Shown here: positions 1-7,305 of the stretch, one piece after another
How positions within the stretch are numbered: position 1 is the first letter of the stretch
How the letters are laid out: each line of letters begins with the position of its first letter
DNA from: Candidatus Micrarchaeaceae archaeon
GTDB taxonomy: Archaea; Micrarchaeota; Micrarchaeia; Micrarchaeales; CABMGC01
Length of the DNA stretch: 26,797 nt
Assembly (NCBI GenBank): GCA_038878295.1
Contig: JAVZVY010000011.1
Coordinates: 1 to 26,797 of the forward strand
Direction of reading: 5' to 3'
Notes under the pieces: model-generated
The model's database searches: none
What the model was told of the DNA's origin: nothing
Seen by the model: only the letters and a program-made list of their open reading frames with translations
Program-made: the position numbers and the translations under genes

Positions 1-469
1 CACTGGGGCACGGCACTGCGCTCAGGTATAGCTTGCCAGATTCAAGCGTGCCATACGCTATTGCACGCTGCGGCACTGTGACGTTGCAGATTATTGCTCC
101 GCCGGCCGCGACAAGATTAGGCTTGCAAGCTCCACGCATTGAGCCTATGCCGCTTATATTCAGCATTATCGAAGGATTGATCACAGGATATTGCTGAGTG
201 TTTGTAAGGAAGAGGCCGACTGATAACGAAACAGAATTTGAGCCGAAGACCATGTCCTGGCAGTATGCGCCGCTGACGAAACTACACGATGATGGTACTG
301 ATATTGATGGGGCGTATACTAAAAATAAAAGGATACCTAGAATCAATGCGACTATTGCGAGAGCCATGCCATATATGAGCAAATATTCTGTTGCTGACTG
401 ACCTTTTAGACCGCTTTCCAAAGACTTGAAGCACGCGCGCCTGTAATCTCTTTTTCTAGACTTAGGCAT
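1..469 (-). CDS. Archaeal type IV pilin-like protein with class III signal peptide (3' end runs off the window)
   Basis: Not in the ORF track. Manual translation from ATG at 469: MPKSRKRDYRRACFKSLESGLKG/QSATEYLLIYGMALAIVALILGILLFLVYAPSISVPSSCSFVSGAYCQD... This has a basic leader, a KG/QS prepilin cleavage site, Glu at +5, a hydrophobic helix, then a Cys-containing beta-rich domain. Frame is open to the window edge; GTGA-N4-ATG lies upstream. Confidence 0.85.
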   Translation of the reverse strand, partial: MPKSRKRDYRRACFKSLESGLKGQSATEYLLIYGMALAIVALILGILLFLVYAPSISVPSSCSFVSGAYCQDMVFGSNSVSLSVGLFLTNTQQYPVINPSIMLNISGIGSMRGACKPNLVAAGGAIICNVTVPQRAIAYGTLESGKLYLSAVPCPS

Positions 470-509
470 GCCTTCACATATAGTATACAGCCTGTTAAAA
501 TATTTAATA

Positions 510-875
510 TTAAGCTATATATGGCCAGATGGGATATATGGCTAGAGGATGCTGTCCTAAAATCACACTGCCCAAAATACGGTTGATATATAGTGGCAAG
601 TAAAAATACAGGTTATGCGCTACTCCTCTGATCAGGGATTTCCATCTGCTTCTCTCACTGTTGCAGAACATCCAAAAACTGTTCCGTGAATCGCATGGAA
701 TTCCCTCTGCATACATTTCGCTTGCATTTATTGTTGTGTTAGAAGGATAATGTTTCCACTTGAAATCATCTTCTTCGCAGAAGATTCTCCCGCAGCCATT
801 ACACCAATACCTCTGAATTCATTCTCTTTCCTTTGTATGTCCTTTCCCATATTTTACTATATCTTCCGATTTACA
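510..875 (-). pseudogene. Degraded IS transposase N-terminal fragment (InsA-like Zn-ribbon plus HTH start; IS1/IS6-type)
   Basis: Frame of ORF 510..716 extended upstream reads CKSEDIVKYGKGHTKERE*IQRYWCNGCGRIFCEEDDFKWKHYPSNTTINASEMYAEG. It matches the C-x-S-x2-IVKxG...QRYxCxxCGRxF pattern of IS Zn-ribbons. In-frame TGA at 819-821; no DDE domain or terminal repeats seen. Confidence 0.65.
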
Positions 876-1168
876 AATATATATAGATGACTTGCATACT
901 GATCGCCAAGATCAATTTACGGTCATCTTTCATAATTTACAACCGTGTTTCGATGCAGAGTCGGCTAGAGCTTGTATTTCATGCAAGCTTAATCTCTCTG
1001 CATTTGTTTGATCTTATCACAAAGAGAATACTTTTGACGATGCAATATTTTTGCATGTTCCGCACTGCATTCTGCAAAAGCGATACAACTGCGTTGTGAT
1101 TACTAGCGAGCGCTTCCTGCATCTTTGCTAATCTTAATAAATTTTGCTGAAATAATATTGTTGATTGC

Positions 1169-1792
1169 ATGAAAGTTTTACTGGTAAGCAACATGCCAAA
1201 CGGTGCCGATGCTATTTCTGCTGAGTTTGAAAGCCTTGGAGTAAATATTGTTGAGAAGGAAGTTGCGGGCACGCTTGATACGATATCCGGTATTATAAAT
1301 GAGACGGCGCAAAGCGGCAATTATGATAGCATACTGGTGATAACCGATAATCACATTTCGGCAGGTATAGAACTGAATAAAAACGAAGGCATAAGGGCTG
1401 CGGTCTGCAGCGTGCCTAGAGACGTGCCAATTGCAGCAAAAAGCAATGCGAATGTAATCGTTGTGAGCAAGGACGGCGACATGCGCGGGATTGCAAAGGC
1501 CGTTGTAGATTCGCTAGGCAGGCAAAGAAAAATAAATGTGCAGGCTTTTGCAGGAAGCATAAAAAAACAGACTCCAAAGCCCACGCAGACAGATATTATT
1601 GAAAATAAAAATGTGCAGATCCAACACCCAAAAGTGGCTGGCAGCAGAACAAAAGCAGGAAATGAAGAAGAAGAAAGAAGCGACGAAGAGTATGAAGAGC
1701 CGCTGAAGAAGCCAAGAAGCGGTCTCTTTGGCCGCATAAAAGACGCTTTGGGCATAGAAGACAAAGAAGGGGGCAAAGAGGATAATCAGTAG
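1169..1792 (+). CDS. RpiB/LacAB-fold protein with degenerate active site and a long charged C-terminal tail
   Basis: NKNEGIRAAVC...AAKSNANVIV matches the RpiB motif ANKxxGIRAAxC...HNxANVL. The usual DH and CGTG motifs are absent. Confidence 0.7.
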   Translation: MKVLLVSNMPNGADAISAEFESLGVNIVEKEVAGTLDTISGIINETAQSGNYDSILVITDNHISAGIELNKNEGIRAAVCSVPRDVPIAAKSNANVIVVSKDGDMRGIAKAVVDSLGRQRKINVQAFAGSIKKQTPKPTQTDIIENKNVQIQHPKVAGSRTKAGNEEEERSDEEYEEPLKKPRSGLFGRIKDALGIEDKEGGKEDNQ

Positions 1793-1795
1793 CGG

Positions 1796-3526
1796 CTATT
1801 TCTTGAGCACTTCCAAAAGCTGCTTAACGTCCTTGGTTGTTATTATATCGTCCTTGGTGAGCCAGCCGCGCCTTGCGGTGCCTATGCCGTAGCGCATGAA
1901 ATCCATATCTGAAGTGTGGTGCGAGTCTGTGCCTATTGCAAATTTTAAGCCGTATTCCTTGGCTTTCATTATGTTCTCGTCGTTGAGGTCAAGCCTGGTT
2001 GGTTGCGCGTTTATTTCCATGACAACATTGTTGTCTTTAGCGGCCTCGAATACTTTGTCTAAATCAAAATCTAGCGCGGCTCTCTCGTTTATGAGCCTTC
2101 CAGAGGGATGGGCCAGTATGTCCACATAGCCGCTTTCTATGGCTTTCACAATCCTGTTTGTCATTTCATTTCTTGGCATGTTTCTCTGCGTGTGCACCGC
2201 GCACAGCCTGTAGTCCATAAGTTCAAGCGTTTTGCGATCCAAATCGAGAGAGCCGTCCTTGAGAATGTCTATCTCACCGCTTTTCAGTATTTCTATCTTG
2301 TCGCCATATTTTTTCTTAGCACTGTCAAGAGCTTCGAAATACTTTGCAAACTGCTTGCTGTCCATGCCGTGGGCGACATATTCGCTTTTTGTGTGGTCAG
2401 AAAAACCTATGTACTTTCTGCCAAGCGAGATTGCTTTTTCAACCATCTCATCTATCGTGTTTGTACCATCCGAAAATTTGGTGTGTGTATGCAAATCGCC
2501 CATAATGTCTTTCTGCTCAACTAGTTTTGGCAAGTTATGCTTGAGCGCAAGCTCTATCTCGCCTCTAGCCTCGCGCATTTCCGGCTGTATGTAGTCCATG
2601 CCAAGCGCTTTGTATATTGCTTCTTCGCCTTGCCCAGCTACAATGTTCCTGCCGCGCTTGTCGAAAAGGCCATACTCACTTAGCTTATAGCCTTTCTTTA
2701 TGGCTATCTGCCTTACTGCTATGCCGTGATCCTTGCTTCCAGTGAAATATTGCAGGGCCGAGCCGAAACTCTCATCGCTTACAACGCGCACGTCGCACGT
2801 AAGCCCTATCTTCAGTTCAACAGTCGTCTTTGTAGGACCTTTGACGACTATATTTGCCACTTCGGGCAACTTGGCTACAAAATCCATCACCTCCTCGTTT
2901 TTGCTTGAAGTGACTAGTATGTCAAGGTCGCCGACAGTTTCGCGCATTCGCCTCGTGGAGCCTGCTATCACCGCCCTGCTGACAAGCTTCGATTCGATGA
3001 GCTTCTTTACTATGGCTTCGGCTTCCGGAAGGGCTGTGCCGAGCAGCATCCTGTTCTGGCTTGTGGCAAAAAATGCAAGACCTTTCGCTATGCTTTCCTC
3101 GCTCTTTTCGCCGAAATCCTCCAAATCTCTTATCTTGTGAGCATCGACTGCCTTCTTTAGGTCATCAACATTCTTTACGCCGAGGGCCTTGTAGAGCTTG
3201 AATGCCTTCTTTGAGCCAAGGCCTTGTATTTTTGTAAGGGTTGCAAAATCTATAGGATATTTCTTCTTGAGCTCTTCGTATTTGGCTATTTTTCCGGTAT
3301 CAACATATTCCTTGATGCGCTCCGCTATAGTCTTGCCTATGCCCGGCAGCTCCATTATGCCTTTAATGCCATTCTTACCAAGTATTTCCGATACATCTTC
3401 CTGGAGCGCGCTTAGAGTCATTGCCGCCTTGCGATATGCCCTTGCCTCGAAAGATCTGCTTTCCCCTTCAAGATCTAGCATATCGGCGATTTCGTTGAAT
3501 ATTTCCGCAAGCTTAGTATTGTACAA
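1796..3526 (-). CDS. polX: DNA polymerase X with C-terminal PHP domain
   Basis: HhH motifs (LPGIGK, IQGLG), GSTRR..ETVGDLD catalytic DxD, YFTGSKDH; PHP metal motifs DLHTHT, SDH, HPSGR, GTDSH. TTG start. Confidence 0.95.
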   Translation of the reverse strand: MYNTKLAEIFNEIADMLDLEGESRSFEARAYRKAAMTLSALQEDVSEILGKNGIKGIMELPGIGKTIAERIKEYVDTGKIAKYEELKKKYPIDFATLTKIQGLGSKKAFKLYKALGVKNVDDLKKAVDAHKIRDLEDFGEKSEESIAKGLAFFATSQNRMLLGTALPEAEAIVKKLIESKLVSRAVIAGSTRRMRETVGDLDILVTSSKNEEVMDFVAKLPEVANIVVKGPTKTTVELKIGLTCDVRVVSDESFGSALQYFTGSKDHGIAVRQIAIKKGYKLSEYGLFDKRGRNIVAGQGEEAIYKALGMDYIQPEMREARGEIELALKHNLPKLVEQKDIMGDLHTHTKFSDGTNTIDEMVEKAISLGRKYIGFSDHTKSEYVAHGMDSKQFAKYFEALDSAKKKYGDKIEILKSGEIDILKDGSLDLDRKTLELMDYRLCAVHTQRNMPRNEMTNRIVKAIESGYVDILAHPSGRLINERAALDFDLDKVFEAAKDNNVVMEINAQPTRLDLNDENIMKAKEYGLKFAIGTDSHHTSDMDFMRYGIGTARRGWLTKDDIITTKDVKQLLEVLKK

Positions 3527-3645
3527 GACAACACTGAAATACTAACTGAATTACAAGCTAAAAATCTTTTGTGAATTCTCATTGCAACGAACGCAACCAA
3601 AAAATAGATAAATATTGAAGAAGTGTAGTTTAATACAATGATTTC

Positions 3646-4443
3646 ATGAAGTTGTATTTCGTAAAATTGGGGGGCAGCATAATCACAGACACCAATAAGG
3701 CGAATACCCCAAAGCTTAAAGAAATTGACAGGCTTGTCAAAGAGATCAAAGAAGGCAGCAATGGCGCAAATATAATTATAGGGCATGGGAGCGGCTCATT
3801 CGGACATGTGGCCGTGCACAAATATGGATTGGAAAACGGACTACGCAGCAAAGACAGCCTGCTCGGTGCGGCGAAAGCGCATGCAATTGCACACGAGTTA
3901 AACAGGCTGCTTATAGCGGCGTTGAATAGAAACGGGATAAGTGCACTTCCATTTCCGCCTTCTGCAGGAAGCATCTCAAAGAACAATAAGATTGTTGGAT
4001 GGAATGTGCAGCCGATCAAGACAGCACTCAGATTCGGTTTTACTCCTGTGGTTATGGGAGATGTAATAGTGGATTCGATTAGAGGCGTGCATATAGCCTC
4101 AACCGAGGAAGGATTTGAATACTTGGCAGCCGTGCTGAAGCCCGATAAAGTGATTTCTGCGGGCGATACAGATGGAGTTTTCGAAAAAAATCCTAAATTA
4201 TACGCAAATGCAAAACTCATAAGAAAGATTACCAAAAAGAACATAAAAGAGGCGCTGAAAGCAGCTGGCGCGTCCCTCAAAATCGACGTTACTGGAGGCA
4301 TGCACAGTAAGCTCAAGTTTCTTTACAGCATATCGAGAAAATACGGATCTACGTGCCAGATAGTCAATGCAACTGTGCCAGGCAGGCTCAGAGACGCGCT
4401 TATGGGCAAGCCCGTCATAAGCACCATAATAAAAGCCAGGTAA
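3646..4443 (+). CDS. ipk: Isopentenyl phosphate kinase (amino-acid kinase family)
   Basis: KLGGSIITD, HGSGSFGH (IPK-type His), PVVMGD, DVTGGMxxK motifs. Confidence 0.85.
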   Translation: MKLYFVKLGGSIITDTNKANTPKLKEIDRLVKEIKEGSNGANIIIGHGSGSFGHVAVHKYGLENGLRSKDSLLGAAKAHAIAHELNRLLIAALNRNGISALPFPPSAGSISKNNKIVGWNVQPIKTALRFGFTPVVMGDVIVDSIRGVHIASTEEGFEYLAAVLKPDKVISAGDTDGVFEKNPKLYANAKLIRKITKKNIKEALKAAGASLKIDVTGGMHSKLKFLYSISRKYGSTCQIVNATVPGRLRDALMGKPVISTIIKAR

Positions 4444-4487
4444 GGGCTTATATAGGCTGCCAGCTTGCTACAAATTTGGACTGTCTT

Positions 4488-5393
4488 TTACCTTTTAGAA
4501 GACCGCATCTTTTCCATGCGAGTCATTATTTTAGACCAGGCTGTCGTATTTTTCAAGAATGCTTTCAGTAGCTTGCCGGCAAGCGGCGGCTTCCTGAACT
4601 CTTTCATGTTTCTCAGCGTGCTGAAATCTTCCCCAGAAAGCTTCCAAGAAACTGCACCAAGGTTTTCTGCGATGTGCTCCTTCGTTGACGCTTTGGGTAT
4701 AGGTATCACATTGCCGCTGCTAATGAGATAATTCAATGCAACCTGCAAAGGCGTTTTATTATATTTGTCGCCGATTTCCTTGAGAGCTCTCAGCAGTGGC
4801 TCGTCTTTCAGTATTGCACCCCTAGCTAGGGGGCTATATGCGATTAAGGTTATGGACTCTCTGTTGCAGAACTGCAGAAGGCCTTCCTCCGGTTCTCTCA
4901 TGACTATGCTGTATTCGACCTGGTTTGAGACTATTTCAGAGTGGCTGAGAGCCGACTGCGCCTCTATCATTTCGCTTATTGAAAAATTGCTTACGCCAAT
5001 GTGCATTATTTTGCCTTCGTCTTGAAGCTTCTCCATTGCGCGCATTGTTTCCGAAATTGGTATTCTGTTGTTAGGCCAATGGAGCTGGTAAAGGTTTATC
5101 GATTTTACGCCAAGCCTGCGGAGGCTGCCCTCGCATGCCCTTATCAAATCGTCATAGCCAAAATTAGAAGGTGACACCTTTGTGGCTATGAAAACGTTGT
5201 CTATCCCTTTTATTGCTCTGCCAACAAGTTCCTCGTTGCCATACATCTCTGCTGTGTCTATGAAGTTTATTCCGTTTTCTATTCCGTATCTAAGCGCCTC
5301 TATGGCATCCTGCGAATCGTTTGGTATCTTCCAAGTGCCCATGCCCAATGCGGGTATCTTTTCGCCGGTCTTGCCAAGCTCTCTGTAAATCAT
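4488..5393 (-). CDS. Aldo/keto reductase
   Basis: GMGTW, IDTAEMYG, ATKV, LYQLHWP, IGVSNF, NQVEY, AYSPL, IPIPKAS motifs. Confidence 0.95.
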   Translation of the reverse strand: MIYRELGKTGEKIPALGMGTWKIPNDSQDAIEALRYGIENGINFIDTAEMYGNEELVGRAIKGIDNVFIATKVSPSNFGYDDLIRACEGSLRRLGVKSINLYQLHWPNNRIPISETMRAMEKLQDEGKIMHIGVSNFSISEMIEAQSALSHSEIVSNQVEYSIVMREPEEGLLQFCNRESITLIAYSPLARGAILKDEPLLRALKEIGDKYNKTPLQVALNYLISSGNVIPIPKASTKEHIAENLGAVSWKLSGEDFSTLRNMKEFRKPPLAGKLLKAFLKNTTAWSKIMTRMEKMRSSKR

Positions 5394-5463
5394 AAAATCA
5401 TAAGCCGTATAATAAAACAGAAAAATATATCATTTTATTCTTGCATAGTTAAATCGTGGTAGA

Positions 5464-6507
5464 ATGGAAACTTTTGCTCAATCTTCTGAAACTGCATCCA
5501 GCGGCGAATTGTTTGCTCCCAGAATAGCCGTAATAGGCGTTGGTGGTGCTGGCACCAACACGGTGCACAGGATAAGCAAGCTTGACATACGCGGTGCTGA
5601 CCTCTTTGCCTTCAATACGGATGCAAAACATCTTGGGATGATAAATCCTTCTATAAAGAAGCTCGTCTTGGGCGAGAGCATAACCAGGGGCCTAGGCGCT
5701 GGCGGCTTTCCTGAAATAGGCGAGAAAGCTGGAGAGCTTTCAAGAAACGAGATAGAGATAATGTTAAAGGATATAAACCTGGCTTTTCTCACAGCAGGCA
5801 TGGGCGGAGGCACAGGCACAGGCGCTTCTCCAGTCATAGCGGATATAGCCAAAAGGAACGGCGCAATAGTCATAGGCATAGTGACAATGCCTTTCGCCCT
5901 TGAAAGGGTAAGGCTGAACGTAGCAAAGGCTGGCATAGAGAAACTGAGAAGGAATGTGGACACGCTCATAGTCATAGATAATCAGAGGCTTTTCACGCTT
6001 TATCCAAACATGCAGATAGAGCAGGCTTTTATGCTCGCTGACGAAATTACGGCGAAGGCTGTGAAAGGCATAACCGAGGCGATAACGCAACCAAGCCTCA
6101 TAAACCTTGACTTTGCCGACGTTAGGACAGTGATGTCTGCAGGCGGCCTTGCTATGATAAGCGTCGGCTCGGCTTCCGGCCACGACAGAGTCGACGCTGT
6201 TGTGGAATCGACGCTTAAGAACAAGCTCCTTGATGTCGATTACACAAACGCAAAAGGAGTCTTGATATTCATACTTGGCGGACCTGATATGACGCTGGGC
6301 GAAGCCAACGAAATTGGCTCTAAACTTACCGAACGCGTGTCACCTGACGCGTACGTCACGTGGGGCGCAAGGATAGACAACACATACGAGTCTAAGATAG
6401 AGGTAATGGCGATATTTGCCGGTGTTTCGGGTTCGTCACTCCTTGGCAAACCGAGCGGCAGCGAAAGGGAGGAAGGCAGCGACTCCACAAAAATAGATTA
6501 CATATAA
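5464..6507 (+). CDS. ftsZ: Cell division protein FtsZ (FtsZ2-like)
   Basis: GVGGAG, NTD, GMGGGTGTG signature, T7 loop INLDFAD. PFxxERxR and QPSLINLD resemble the archaeal FtsZ2 paralogue. Confidence 0.97.
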   Translation: METFAQSSETASSGELFAPRIAVIGVGGAGTNTVHRISKLDIRGADLFAFNTDAKHLGMINPSIKKLVLGESITRGLGAGGFPEIGEKAGELSRNEIEIMLKDINLAFLTAGMGGGTGTGASPVIADIAKRNGAIVIGIVTMPFALERVRLNVAKAGIEKLRRNVDTLIVIDNQRLFTLYPNMQIEQAFMLADEITAKAVKGITEAITQPSLINLDFADVRTVMSAGGLAMISVGSASGHDRVDAVVESTLKNKLLDVDYTNAKGVLIFILGGPDMTLGEANEIGSKLTERVSPDAYVTWGARIDNTYESKIEVMAIFAGVSGSSLLGKPSGSEREEGSDSTKIDYI

Positions 6508-6651
6508 CGCAGGCAAAAATGTAGCTTGTTGGCTGGATTTCTGCGTAAGCTTTATATAGGTAAACTTAGAAAAATACATTTGTTTGCAATTTTATGCGTT
6601 ATAAGCATATATTTTGCAACAGCTAGATGATATTTTTGTATAGGTGAGAGC

Positions 6652-7305
6652 ATAGAGTTTCTAAAAGATAAGGACAGAAAGGAGATAAAAGAGATCTTCG
6701 ACAAGAACCTTACGGGCAACGTCAATATAATGCTGTTTACCGACGCGAAAGACAAGTGCCAGTACTGCAGCGAAACGTTGGAATTGCTTACAGAGGTATC
6801 AAAGCTAAGCGACAAGATAAAGCTGACCACTTATGACGTTAATGTGAACAAGAAAGAGGCGGCATTCCTTGGCGTTGACAAAACCCCTGCAATAGTGATA
6901 GGCGGGGCAAAGATATACAACATATTTTACTTTGGCATACCTGCAGGCCACGAATTCAGCGCGCTTCTTGACGACATAATAGATGCTTCTAACAACAAGA
7001 CAAGACTCACTGATAGCACCAGAAGCGCCCTAAACAGCATAAAAAGCAAGCTCGAAATAAAAGTATTTGTCACGCCAACATGCCCATGGTGCCCGAGAGC
7101 CGTGAGAATGGCGCATCAGTTCGCAATGGAGAACAGCAACATAAGAAGCAGCATGATAGAATCCATGGAGTTTCCAGAGCTTGCAGAAAAGTATGGAGTT
7201 ATGGCAGTGCCGAAGATCGTCATAAACGACAGCGTCTCATTCGAAGGCGCGCTTCCGGAACCTCAGTTTCTTGAGTATGTGATGGAAGCCGCAAAGGAAG
7301 CCTAA
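6652..7305 (+). CDS. Protein disulfide oxidoreductase (two thioredoxin folds, PDO/AhpF-N-like); probable ATA start at 6652
   Basis: CQYC and CPWC motifs, GIPAGHEF, YGVMAVP. The frame extends 26 codons upstream of ATG 6730 as (I/M)EFLKDKDRKEIKEIFDKNLTGNVNI, which resembles the family N-terminal helix. It is preceded by AGGTGA-N4. Confidence 0.9.
   Translation: MEFLKDKDRKEIKEIFDKNLTGNVNIMLFTDAKDKCQYCSETLELLTEVSKLSDKIKLTTYDVNVNKKEAAFLGVDKTPAIVIGGAKIYNIFYFGIPAGHEFSALLDDIIDASNNKTRLTDSTRSALNSIKSKLEIKVFVTPTCPWCPRAVRMAHQFAMENSNIRSSMIESMEFPELAEKYGVMAVPKIVINDSVSFEGALPEPQFLEYVMEAAKEA

Noticed and set aside
198..401. 67-aa + strand ORF
   Set aside because: Lies antisense to the pilin-like gene, which has a clear signal motif.
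819..821. In-frame TGA (and TAG at 11790) as stop-codon recoding
   Set aside because: TGA and TAG end intact genes in this window (e.g. PAC2 and thermosome with TGA, polX with TAG). Both cases lie in otherwise decayed sequences.
887..1320. ORFs 887..1099 (+) and 979..1320 (-)
   Set aside because: No recognisable motifs or initiation signal; the second overlaps the RpiB-like gene.
1896..3545. Many + strand ORFs inside polX, and similar shadow ORFs opposite ftsZ, rad50, thermosome, amidohydrolase and aglB
   Set aside because: Antisense or alternate-frame shadows of well-supported genes; Ser/Phe/Leu-rich with no motifs.
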